Positions 52,201 through 64,000 of a stretch of 64,000 nt of DNA are shown here, one piece after another. The stretch lies in the NCBI RefSeq assembly GCF_004010195.1, contig NC_057756.1, positions 3,205,824 through 3,269,823 of the forward strand, written 5' to 3'. Every line of letters starts with the position of its first letter. Within the stretch, counting starts at the first letter, position 1. The position numbers and the translations under genes are program-made. This DNA is from Chiloscyllium plagiosum. Lineage: Eukaryota. A model generated the notes under the pieces. It was given only the letters and a program-made list of their open reading frames with translations, did not search any database and was not told the origin of the DNA.

Positions 52201-52559
52201 TCCAGATTGCTACTATTTCTAAATTTCCTGTTGATGTGTTTTTTTTATCCTCCATGATGGGAAAACTGTATGTGAGAATCAGTGTCCCAATTTGCCTTTT
52301 TTTTTTACCAGCAGCTGCGTGTATATGGGCTGTTAACATGTTGGAAACGCTACTTCGCCGTACTTATTGAAATACTTCGCCTGGTAATTTTCTTCTTGTT
52401 TGTCCAAGTTACCTCTTTCGTTGGTTGTGTTTTAACTCTCGCGTTTAAGTGCATTGCGTGTTGATTAAAGTCGTCTAGATTGAACCGTCACATTGTATCT
52501 GGAACGAGCACTTGGAAAAAAAAAACAGGAAAATGTCAGTGTATTGGCTACCATCTTAA

Positions 52560-53650
52560 AATGATTCAAGGCTTCCTTACTGAGTCGATAGCATTTCCAA
52601 ACCACTACCAAAGAGTTTTGTACGAAAAAAAAAATGTTTCCTCACATCTCTCGTGTATGGTCTGGTTTTAATTCTCAGCCCTTAGTTCTAAATTCAACAA
52701 CGTCTGAAATAGTTCATACTTCTCTAGTCAATCTTTCGAGTAATATGTGAAGAATCTGATAATGTTATCCTTAAATATATAAAATGTAACGTAATCAGGC
52801 CCAATGTATATAATCTTTCCTTGCAAATTAAACCATATGTCAAAATATGTCTCCAATTACCCAAGTTAAACTCTCTCCAACGCCAGTACGTACTTCCTAA
52901 ATTTTGGTGCCTAGACATGAACACAGTCTTCACTGTGGGGTCTCAACAGAATTTTGTGCTACTGTAGCATACAATTTGCATTCTTATTCGAAATTCCGTA
53001 ACTATAAATGGTAGAAATCCACGAATATTTCATGCACCAAATGTTGATAATTTAACCGTGTATGTTTAGGAACCCCTAGTCATTTTTTGCCAAGCATTTA
53101 AATTCTTGAGAGTGTACTAGTCTCATCTTTCTTGATCAAAAATGCCTATCCTTACATCTACCACAGTTTTACCAATTCAATTGGTATTTGATTTTCCTTT
53201 GCAAAAATTAAACAATGTCTACAGTATGTGTAATTCCGCCTCAAATTGCATTGTTAGAAGATATGATTTGTTTTTCTCTGTTTTGTTTTCCTAGTGGGTA
53301 ATGAATGGCGTGAATAATTGTTACACAGGCAGCACTGGCTGGAGCCTACTAATTTATGTTCCTACCATTATTGCTACTTCCTGCCAACTGCCACTATGAC
53401 CATTTTACACCAACATGAGTAGCTTGCACTTAATTCCTTGTGCTTCTACCTTCGTTAAATAAAGTCTCAATTGTAGGACTTTTCTTTTTCAAATGCCTCT
53501 GGAAGTCTTATTTAAACGATATCAATAAACGTTCCCTCTCCACTATTTTGGTACACTCTGGCCAGAAAGTAATACTTTTTTCAGGAATTAATTTCATGTG
53601 ATGAATCAAAGCTTTCTCTGCTTGGTAATAAAAAGTGATTAGTTACCCTA
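52560..53650 (-). mobile_element. Old CR1 remnant
   Basis: ORF 52724-52933 (RHQNLGS...GLICKERLYTLGL) resembles VRPHLEY...GLSYEERL..LGL. Confidence 0.55.
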
Positions 53651-55707
53651 TTATATATTGTGCCTTCTCTAATGCTGAAAATTATCAGGATCAATTTATG
53701 TTTATTTGCCTTACTTTCGAGTCTCATAAACAAATGACAATTTGTGTCAAACGGCACACATACTGTGCACTATCAGCGACGCAAGTACATTTGCATTTAT
53801 GTAACTTTCCATGTTTTGCCTTGGATATTTTCGCCCAATCATGAACAAATTGATTCAGTACTAAACCATATGAGATACAGGTGAAAACTACATTCCGTTG
53901 ACACAACCAATAAATTATAAAAAATAATTGCTTAACATCATCCCTCATCCTTTTTCTAAATTTGTCATAGTCTAAAAAGTAATGCACTTAAGTCTCAGAT
54001 ATCTGGGATATTAGCATGATGAAAATTCTTACTGTATCTCACAGTTCTGACTAACTGCCAGCTCAGAGTTAGTATTCCAGTTCTGTGCTCAACACCAAGA
54101 TCACAGTAAATGCCTTACCGTCTTTTTAAAAAGATTTTTGTCACACCTGATATATTCTTATTGATTTTGCAAATGAATAAATGTCAGAAACAACTTATGT
54201 TCTGTGTATCTTACTACAAGCAATCAGTGAATAATATTTTAACATTTTTCTGTGATTACAGCTGTCATGTTACCTATTGCCGTTCCAAAAAGCCCGGGCC
54301 ACCGAATTAATCAAAGAATGAATATAACTAATGCCAGAGGAAATGAATTTGGCGGTATTTTTAGAGGTATGACCACAAGGATTTCTACTCATTTATTGTT
54401 TTACAAGATAACTATGTTGTGTCTGGTAATTTCAGAGTGTTAACCTCAACTTGATGCTGATCTTCGTTTGCTATATTTAGGTTTTCTAACAGCTTGTCGG
54501 ACAAATTTTGCCAAATACAGTTTTGTTGAGATATGTTTTGCCGCCATATACACTGTTCGCATGCCTTAGCCCAAGTTACGTGCACTATGTTTTGAACTGA
54601 AACCTCATTTCTAATTTCTAAACCGACCAATCCCGAAACGTGGCCGGAAGTGCCATCTTCCACCAGCACTCGATCTTCCCCCGGCATATAACATTAAATT
54701 GGAAAGGAGAACTTTAAACACAAGTGATTTGATTAGATAAATCTTCATTTTGGCGAGTTTCTTTGTATACTGGAACGCTTGTTGACTTTGTTTTTACTTT
54801 AATTTCATTGACACATTGGCAGGGAATATGTAAAACGTAAATGAAACCCCAAGGATATCACATTTTTTTTTCTGCAGTATTTCCTTGGTTTATTTTGGTT
54901 AATGAATTACATGATGAGTCATTATATTTGCAACATCAACAATCATAGCGGTAATTTGCTGGTATCAGTTTTAAGAGAAAAGACATAGATGGTAAACTTT
55001 TCGTCCCAAACAAAATGCACATTAACATGACATTGACAAGAGAATTTTGATTAATCTCTTATTGAATTGTAATGCAGCGTTAGGATGAAGAAAGTAATTT
55101 TCATTTTGCGTACACATTGCAAAGTTCGAATTGAGAAATGTAGCTTGAATTCTGCAGTTGAAGACGTGAAACAACACTCAGAGCGATGAGAACGAGATCT
55201 TTCTGCTATTACAGCATTGCTGTGTGAACGTGTGAAGGTACAGGGACAGAAGGTACAGAAACATCAGTACGCTTAACACACTATCAGAATGAAAAGCATC
55301 AGAAATGCATTCAACATTTTGACAATTTATTGAAACCTCTGTGCAAAGACGTTTCTTTCTCAAAGATGCCAATAGAGGCTTTGTTGAGTGCATTGGTGAT
55401 CAGCTGTTTTTATACATTCGTTTTCACAGTTTAAATTTGATCCCCAATTCGACACTTTGTGCATGGCGTATCTAAGCATCACTGAATTGCTCACTCTGTA
55501 ACTGCTGCGAAAGACCACCATGTTTCCTCTTGAACCAACATTCTGAAGTTGGTGCACAATTCTGAATTTAGTGCTGTGAAGACATTTCCAAAACTAATTC
55601 ATTCCCTGTAAATGAAAAACTATATTCCTATTGTTCAACTTATTTCAGTGAAAAGGGCACCTTTAAGTTATGAGTTATGCCCAGTCTTCTTAATTACTTG
55701 ATCGCAC

Positions 55708-56395
55708 ACAGAACAGTTGAGGCTGTGCCCATCTTTCTATGTTTTCTATCCACCATATTAAGCTTTTTAAAAGCTTTATTTGTTTAATACTTCATAGGCC
55801 AATAGCAATGCATAATCACTTTGCTCCCAGGAGAACCATTCAGTCAGCTTCTCCATATTCGTTGAAATAAAACATGGCGTTTATTAATAAAATTCAGTGT
55901 ACTGTCCTTCCATAATGTTTATAATTTAGCGAACATTTTTTAAGAATTCCGCTTCACATTATTCTTATGCATATATCTGTTTAGTTGTTTATTTAATATC
56001 TGAATAATATTCAGTCAATGTGATATTTGAACAAGTATTGTTTTAGCTATGTTGTCATCTATAGCACACAACACAAAGAGGCATCAGTCAACGTTTTCGG
56101 GTTTCTTTTAGTATCTCTGCAGTAAATAATGAACCTACGTTGGTAGTGCAGTGGACAACGAAGAAAGATACCTCAAAGTACAATGGGACTTTTTAAATAG
56201 TACTTTATTAAGATCAACGTGAGGTGCTACATTTTGATCAGGCACCTTCGAGCTAGGCGTATACAGAACAGATGAGGCTATGCCCATCTTACTATGTTTT
56301 CTATCCACCATATTAACTTTTTAAAAACTTTAGTTGTTTACTACATCATGGTCCAATAGCATTGAATAAACATTTTGCTACCTGGAAAACTATTC
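55708..56395 (+). repeat. About 135-bp imperfect direct repeat (55708-55840 and 56263-56395)
   Basis: acagaacag[t/a]tgaggct[g/a]tgcccatctt[t/a]ctatgttttctatccaccatattaa... in both copies. Confidence 0.9.
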
Positions 56396-56467
56396 TGTTC
56401 CTGGGGAGCCTTCTAAAACGAAGAGATCCTGGAGGTCATTTTCATAGGTCCTTGAAATCGAAGTCAA

Positions 56468-56808
56468 TAGACAACAGACAATAGGTTCAGGAGTAGGCCA
56501 TTCTGCCTTTCGAGCCTGCACCACCATTCAATATGATCATGGCTGATCACCTTTAATTAGTGTTGTGGTTCTGTTCGCCGAGCTGGAAATTTTTGTTGCT
56601 ATCGTTTCGTCCCCTGTCTAGGTGACATCCTCAGTGCTTGGGGACGAAAGGTTTGCAACAAAAATTTACAGCTCGGCGAACAGAACCACAACAACGAGCA
56701 CCCGAGCTACAAATCTTCACCCAAACTTTGAGGACCTTTAATTAGTATCATGTTCCTGCCTTATCTCCAGAACCCTTGATTCCACTATCCGTGAGAGCTC
56801 TATCCAAG
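56468..56808 (-). mobile_element. Young CR1 3' tail hosting a hairpin insert
   Basis: ggttcaggagtaggccattctgcctttcgagcctgcaccaccattcaatatgatcatggctgatc, continuing after 56746. Confidence 0.85.
56562..56733. mobile_element. Hairpin Penelope-derived insert with intact hammerhead core and 13-bp TSD
   Basis: TSD acctttaattagt 56549-56561 / 56734-56746; 54-bp inverted arms 56561-56614 and 56640-56693; minus strand CTGAGGA-tgtcacctagacaggggac-GAAA 56634-56605. Confidence 0.92.
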
Positions 56809-56924
56809 TCGCAGGTAGACAAGGTAGTGAAGAAAGCGCTTGCAACACTTGCCTTTATTGTTCAGTTCATTGCGTAAAGCAGTTGAGATGTCATATTGCA
56901 TCTGTACAGGTCATTGGTTTAGCA

Positions 56925-57720
56925 CTGAAAGAAGAAAGTGCTCGCGATAATAGTGGACCAGGCAGCGTCCACGGTTACAAAGCAAGCTAACGTTGCCAGT
57001 CTGGATGAATCCTCAGGCGATCTTAGTGAAGTGGTCCAAATGAATGCAATAGTTGAGGATGAGGGGCTGGAGTGTGGTGGGTGAATTGAACTGTAAAAGC
57101 TCAGATTAAGTTATCAGAATGTGAAAATGGCAAACAGTAGGGTGTCCAACTGCCAGGCTGGAAATAACAGACAGCGCCTCCGGAGTGAGGGGTGGCGGGG
57201 AGAGGCAAGAGGGGACATGTGGCTGGCAAAGTAACAAGCTCAGACAAAGAAATGGTAGGAATGTGTTCTCAGTTTGAACGTGTTAATCTCAGTATTAAAA
57301 CGAGGAGGCTATAACTTGATATTTTCTTTCAGCCTCAAATTACAATTACTAGCTGAAGCCCGACTGGATTTCAGATCGACTCTACAGGTGGATTTGTTAT
57401 TACAATATATGGCAAGTGAAGCACATGCGTTATGGAACATTCCAATGGAAATGGACACCCTCATCTGTCTGCGCTTATGGAACACCAGCTGAGTGATGCA
57501 ATTGCAAATCCTTAGACTTACTCAGGGCATATTCTGAATGGGGGAACGACAGGTGAATCCATAGCAAAACCCCAACACATTGACAAGCGCGGCTTAAATG
57601 TTTAAAATTTTCTTCAAGTTTTCCCTGGTGAGGCAGTGTTTTCGCTGCCAGAATGCGGACTTCAGAGAATAAAGGTGTCAATTTGTTCTAATTTGAGAAA
57701 GATAACCTCATAGGATGTGT
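56925..57720 (-). mobile_element. Decayed Penelope-like 3' portion (another family)
   Basis: Terminal ggaccaggcagcgtcc..gctaacgttgccagtctggatgaatcctcag motif and a GIY-YIG-like remnant. Confidence 0.55.
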
Positions 57721-57789
57721 TTTTTTAACACTTCAATGGTTAATGATCAACGTCAGTGTCCTCTGATTTACTTAAGCTTAGAAATATAA

Positions 57790-60535
57790 TTTTCCCCACC
57801 TCCTCAATATACTTTTCCAAACGTGGAAGCGGATATTAAGCAGACTTTTTCCCAGCATTAACATTGCTATCGTCGAGAAATAAGCAGTGTGTACCATCTG
57901 GTTTTGGCAACATTGGAATGTATGAGCTCCAGTCGCTAGACATTACTTTGATTGTGTTGTCTTGGAGCGTGTCTTTTTAAACATGTGCTAACGTCAGAGC
58001 GCTAAATCTCTAAGGATGCTGCTTAATTTGAGCAGCAGTTCCTGTATGTACATCAGACATAATTGAAAAAGTAATTGCCAGCTTATTCACACATGCCTCC
58101 ACATGCAGCATGGAGAACTTTTTCAGGTCATTTCTTTGTTTTGCTTTTTTTTCCCGCAAGTAACTCAGTCATTTATTCTAATTTTTGATAACTTCCTTAT
58201 TGTCCAATCCAAGTTGAGTCATGTCCAATTCAGAATCCACTCAATTTCATTCTTCCATCCATTTTGAAACAGTAACACATTCTACTATTGCTTTCCTTGC
58301 CCATGAAAATACCGTTTCAGCATTTTCACACAACATACTTCATTCTATCTGCAGTCAGTATCAAATAATTCATGTTACTGAATCTCCTTACAATTTGATA
58401 AGGTTTCCTAAATACTGATTTTAAAGGTTTACCTATCACTGGACGTAACACTAACACATTTATCATCAGCAAAATTGTCAGTTTTTGTTTCAATTTTGTC
58501 TGCTTCCTGATTAATCCAATGTTGTGCGATTTCAAAATGCTGTTTGTCCACTCTACTTAATTATTTCCTAAAATTTAGCTAATCATTGAAATATGTGATC
58601 TCTGGACTCAGTCTTACACATGCCTCATAAATTAGTATCAGTTGTACTCTCACCACATGTCCAAAAACGAATTCAAATGGATTGAATTTCGTCGGCTCAT
58701 TTTGTGCATTCTCAATGCGAAAACATACAGATCGAATTCTTTTATCCCAATCATCAGAATAGGTTTGTCTATGAGCCCTTAACATATTCTTTAAAGTCTG
58801 ATGAGAACATCCTATCGCTCCTTTCAATTCTGGATTGCATTCAGTGGATTTGAATTGATTTAATGTATGATATCCAAACATTGCCAGAATAATTTCCGTG
58901 TAAAATTTGGCCCTTGCGCTTATTGTTCCTGTGTGGATAGTCCATGTGTCGTGAAATAAAACAAAATAACTCTACCATCATCTTTTTAGCTATTATATTG
59001 CGTAGTGCAATGGTCTCTGGATATCTATGGGACACATCATTATTATTATTAACAAATACTGATTTCCACTTCTTGCTTTCAACAGTTTTGTATGCAATAC
59101 ATGAAGACCTTTTTAAAAATTTCTTCTCACATAAGATGAAAGAAAATCATTTTAGTAGATGGATCAAGGAATTAGAACAGATGAAACATATAACGGTGCA
59201 TATAACACATAACATATGAAATGTGTTGTTTATACTACTTCCTGAGGCTTCCAAATTACCTGGCCTGTACGAGATGTCTGTGAAAAATCACATAATCCTT
59301 ATGCAGTCCAGGCGAGTAAGACTTTTTTTTTTAGTTTTGCATTTTTGCTTGATTTTGCTTCCCGTAAGCGATCTCCTACTTATCACTCACCTTCTTTTAT
59401 TTGCTAACTGGCAAATCAAAGTGATGAACTTCTGGTCATTTCTCGTTGACCTGAAAACATGATCTTCTCAATTTTCTCAAAAAGATACATTTTTTTCGGT
59501 GTTAACATTCAGGAATACAATCAGATTCTCTTCTGTGTACTTTTTAAAAGATGCAATTACTTCAGTTTTGCCGTATTCTCTTGTGAGTCAGTAAATTTCT
59601 GTGAAACAATAATATTTACTTTGTCTTCCACCTGTGCTTCTTTAGTCCCAACGATTTAATGCAACACAGTCTCTGATAATTCTACTTTTCCATTTTATCT
59701 TTCTACTACCATTTCTCATCATGTTTCAACTTGTGACGTTGTGCACTCTTTTCACACCATTAGGAATAATCACAGGATATACATCCCGTAATACCGCAGT
59801 GGCCTGATTTTCCAGTGTTGTTTTCTACCACAGTAGGCAACACTCCCATCTGTAGTCCAGCTATTTCGTTAACAAGTGAAAATTGTGTTCCTGGAACCGA
59901 GAGTTTCACCAGTAATTCTGCTCAAATCTTCACTTTCCACTGGACACTCCAAACTCACTCTATATTATGGAGCTCTTCTCGTCTCACCAGAAATTCCACT
60001 TACTTGCAGTTTCTCTGATAATCGATTTTTCTGGCTTACATACATCTTCATCCCTCATCACCAAAAATTGACGGTGATACTGTATCACTTATTACATAAC
60101 TTATTCACTGTTGTTCCTGGCCTATGTGAGTAAACCTTACCATCAGAAGTAAATTGATTCAGAAGACCTAGCCCTTCCTTCTCATGCAAGCTCCAAACAG
60201 GTTGTGCATTCTAGTGCATGTTTTTAGTCTCCACTCTGCTTTCCGGTATGACTTATACAAAAAGTTCACACATTTATCATGTTTTCTGATATCCGTCTTC
60301 CCTATTGTTTTTTGAAAAAGCAACAATGTGGCTTCATGTGGCCTACATTATTGCAATGAAAATACTGGAGTTTTTTACTTCTCCTTCGCCTTCATGGACT
60401 AGCTTTTTACTCTGTCGCCAGACATCTTTATCATCTTTATTTGATCACCTTTTCCCTTACCATTTGAAGATTTCCCTTTTCCCTAACTTTTATTCCTCGT
60501 AGATTAAAATTGACGTCAGCAGCCAACATTTGACT
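57790..60535 (-). mobile_element. Third Gmr1-like Gypsy fragment (gag end, PR, IN, start of RT)
   Basis: Knuckle remnant YFHCNNVGHMKPHC at about 60325-60365; IN ORFs 58841-59035 (RYPETIALRNIIAK) and 58579-58881 (HQTLKNMLRA..DDWDK..FNPFEFVFGH); RT start about 58050-57830 downstream. Confidence 0.85.
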
Positions 60536-60547
60536 TAAGAACGAACT

Positions 60548-63500
60548 CATAATCAATCCCTCAGACTTTGCTCATATCGCCTTCCCGCCATTGCAGGCAA
60601 CATGCAAGTAAATGGTTTCTGAAACCTTTCCAAAACTTCAGCATTCTTCTTATAATGCAATGATCGGAACTGTAAACAATATGCCAAGTGTGGCTGCCAA
60701 AGGTTTGTAGTTCTGCAACATGACCGCGTGGCTCCAAAATTCATTTGATCTCCCAATAAAAGCCAACACACCGTATGCCTTTATACCTGTCAAACTTGTT
60801 GGCAACATTCAGGGATTTATGTACATGGACACCGAGGGTCCCTGCTCATCTACACTGCCAGGCATCTTACAATTAGCCCAGTGAGCTTTATTGGCGGAAG
60901 TGAGGACTGTAGGTGCTAGAAATCTGAGTCTAGATTAGAGTGGTGCCAGAAAAGCACAGCAGGTCAGGCATCATCTGAGGAGCAGGAAAATCAAAGTTTC
61001 AGGTAACGGCCATTCATCAGGAATGAGGCAGGAAGCCTCCAGTGTGGAGAGATAAATCGCAGCGGGTTGGGGCTGGGGAGAAGGTAGCCAAGAGTACAAT
61101 AGATAGATGCAGGTTGGGTTGAAGATGATACATCGGTATGCAGGGTGGAGTGGATAGGTGGGCAAGATTGGCAGGTAGGACAAGTCATCAGGATGTTGCT
61201 GAACTGGCAGATTGGAACTGCGGCAATGTGCGGGGAAGGGAAATGATGAAACTCGTGAAGTCAACATTGATGCCCTGGGATTGAAGTGTTCCGAGGTGGA
61301 AGACGAGGTGGTGTCGGGTGGTGAGGGAATGGCGGTGGAGGAGGCTCAGGAGTTTAACGTCCTCGGCAGAGTTGGAGGGGAGTTGAAATGTTCAGCAACA
61401 GGGCGGTGGGTATGATTGGTGCTGGTGGCCTTGAGATGTTCCCTAAAGCGGTCTTTGAGAAGGCGTCCTATTTCCCCAATGTAAATGAGTCTTTATCGGG
61501 AACAATGCATACTAAAGATTACATTGTTTGATGTGTTGGTGAAACTTTGATGAATATGTAAGGCTCCTTTGGGGCCTTGGATGGATGTGAGTGGGAATGT
61601 GTGGGCTCAGGATTTGCAATTCCTGTGCGTGGCGGGGGAAGGTGCCAGGAGGGGGATGTGGGTGTTTGGGGACGTGGACCAGGCTGTATATTCACAGAGT
61701 GAACAGTCTTTGCAAAAAGCAAAATGGGGTGTGGAGGGAATTATATCCCTGGTGGTGTGGTTCAACGGGATGTGATGGAAATGTCGGTGGATGATATGGT
61801 TTATGCGGAATTTGGTTGTTGAAGGTGAGGACCAGGGGGTTTCTGCCCTTGTTGCGATTGGAGGGGTGGAGTTTGAGGGTGGAGGTGCGGGACTTGGATG
61901 AGATGCATTTGAGGGCATCTTCAAACACGTGGGAAGGGAACTCACAATCTTTAAAGAAGGAGGACATCTGGTGTGTTCTGTGGTGCAATTGGTACTCTTG
62001 GGTGCAGATACGTCGGAGGCAGAGGAATTAAGGATATGGGATAGCATTTTTGCAGAAGAGTGGGTGGGAAGAGGTTTAATCCAGGTAGCTGTGCGAGTTG
62101 GACCACTCTCATCCACTATACTTATTTCCTGTTGCTCCTTCCAAGGGGAGTAACTTCACATTTTTCCACATTAAAATCGATTTCCCAGCTTTCAGCCCAG
62201 GTTCTGAAGCTTATCAATGCCAATTTGTAACCTGAAACATCCTCGTGCATTGTCCACAACTCCACCGAGCTTCGTGTCATCTGCAAAATTGCTAACTCAT
62301 CCTTCTACGCCCTCTTCAGGTCAAGTATGAGAATGATAAACAGCAGTGGTACGAAATTAGATAATTGCACGAGTAACTGAGCTCCGGGATAAACGTTTAC
62401 AATTCACCATGATCCTCGGTAGGCTTTCAGCTAGCCACTTTCTGATCCTAACCTCTAAATCACCTTCAATCTCTTGCCTCTGTAACTTGGAGAATAGTCC
62501 ACCGTGGGAAAGCTTATCAAACACCTTATTGAAATCCACAAAAACCACACCAACTGCTTTATGCTCATCCACTTGTTTGGTCAACGTGTAAAACAATGCA
62601 CTAAGTTTTGTGAGGCACGACCTACCATTCACAAACTGTGTTGACTATTCCCGAATCAATTCATTCCTCACTTGATGATTCAAAATCCTGTCTCTTAATA
62701 CCTTTTCCAAAATTGATCCACAATTGATGTAAGGCTCACTTTTCTATAAAGGTCAATTTTGTCAGCACTCCCCTTCTTCAGCATGGGATCATTTGTTTTT
62801 CACCCAGTCTTCTGGCACAATGTACGCAGACAATGACTACATAATGATCAAAGCCAAAGGCTCTGCAATCTCCTCCGTTGCCTCCCAGAAAATCCTTGAA
62901 TGAATCCTATCCGGCCAATGGGACTTAGCTATTATCACACTTTACAGAATTTCTAACGCGTCCTCTTTATGAACCTCAATGCCATCTAACATAGTAGCCT
63001 GCATTTTAGTATTCTCCTCGACAGCATTATTTTATTCTGGCTTGAGTACCGATGAAAATATTGTTTTATTGCTTCTCCTAGCTGTGCAGATTCCATGCTT
63101 CACTTCCCAGTACTGTCCTTGATTGGCCCTAATCTTAATTTAGTCATTCTTTTGTTCCTGATATACTTATAGAAAGCTTTAGGTATTTCCTTGATGCTAT
63201 TTGCCATCTCCGTTTCATCTCCCCTCCCCGCTCTTCTGAGTTCAGTTCTTATATTTTTTTCCTGGTTTGCTTGTAACTCTTAAGTGTCGTAACTGAGCCA
63301 TCACGTCTCATTCAAACATAAGCCTCAATCTTCCCCTTTATAAGAGTTTCAATTCCTGACTAATCCACGACTCTCTCACGCGACCACTTCTTCCCTGCCT
63401 GACACTTAAATGCTTATCAAGGACACGTCATAAGTGTTCCTTAAATAAGCACCAAATTTCAATTGTTCCCATCCCCTGCAGTTTCCTTCTTCATCGTATG

Positions 63501-64000
63501 CATCATTATTGTTACCTAATCGCATCATGATTGTCTTTCCCCAGTTATAATTCTTTTTCTGCGCTATGTACCGAGCCCTTTCCATCATAAAAATAAACAT
63601 AACCGAATTGCGGTCATGATCACCATAATGTTCACTGACCTCGAAATATAACATTTGGCTTGGTTTATTATCCAGTGCCAAATCCAATTTGGCCTCTTCC
63701 ATTGTTGAACGAAGACTGTGCCAACTAAATTATTCGAACTTCAGTATTTCCAGTCAATATTTGGAAAGTTAACGACACCCATAACAACTATCCTGTTACT
63801 GTAGCTCCTATCCAGAACACGTTTTTCAATCATTTCCCCTGCATCTCTGGAAGTATTTGGAAGCTGAAAGAAAACCCCCAACCAGCTGACGTCTCTTTCC
63901 CTGTTTCTAAGCTCAGCCCATTATTCGACGAGTTCTCAAACGTGCTTTCTACCACTATAATAATGTCTTTGAAGAACAATGCCACTCCAAGCCTTTTCAT
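60548..64000 (-). mobile_element. CR1 LINE ORF2 (endonuclease to C-terminus), split by a Penelope element
   Basis: ORF 63406-63702 (LDLALDN..SEHYGDHDRNSV), ORF 62357-62632 (GRSCLTKL..VDFNKVFDKLSHGGL), ORF 60553-60771 (PHLAYCLQF..LERFQKPFT). Confidence 0.92.
60892..62100 (-). mobile_element. Penelope-like element 3' half (RT C-terminus, GIY-YIG, hammerhead tail)
   Basis: ORFs 61607-62116 and 61692-61988 (QMSSFFKDCEFPSHV..NRNKGRNPLVLTF); minus strand CTGATGA-atggccgttacct-GAAA 61020-60997. Confidence 0.9.

Larger units (their letters stand above)
40880..52500 (+). mobile_element. Gmr1-like Gypsy element, near full-length, interrupted by nested insertions
   Basis: LTR end/PBS-like ggtctggtcgacaaca|gattgggggctc at about 41135-41160; gag 41290-42480 with SCAN-like 42076-42204 and knuckle 42392-42433; pol resumes 44135-44380 and 49240 onward; IN 49500-50350; RT (PLPYRLN; YDDIVIFSHTWKEH) 50580-51350; RH 51390-51790; probable 3' LTR from about 51960. 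Confidence 0.82.

Overview
Eukaryotic, AT-rich, repeat-saturated DNA. The repeat families (HE1-like SINE, HER1/CR1 LINEs, hammerhead-bearing Penelope-like elements) point to a cartilaginous fish, probably a shark; this is inferred from remembered motifs, not a search. I cannot support any intact host gene, RNA gene or CRISPR array. Almost every ORF in the track is a broken piece of a retroelement or noise. Main contents: (1) a decayed endogenous retrovirus (RT-RH-IN, env, PPT, 3' LTR) at about 20.1-26.4 kb. (2) Three decayed Gypsy-class elements with the unusual Gmr1 order (integrase before RT), two showing a SCAN-like gag; one spans about 40.9-52.5 kb and hosts nested CR1, Gypsy and Penelope insertions. 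(3) A Tx1-like L1 with an intact CCHC knuckle. (4) Many CR1/L2/Rex fragments. (5) Several Penelope-like pieces, including ~180-bp hairpin inserts with minimal hammerhead cores and 13-bp target-site duplications. (6) A small template-switch scar at 8.4 kb. Element boundaries are approximate (tens to a few hundred bp) except where exact motifs are quoted.
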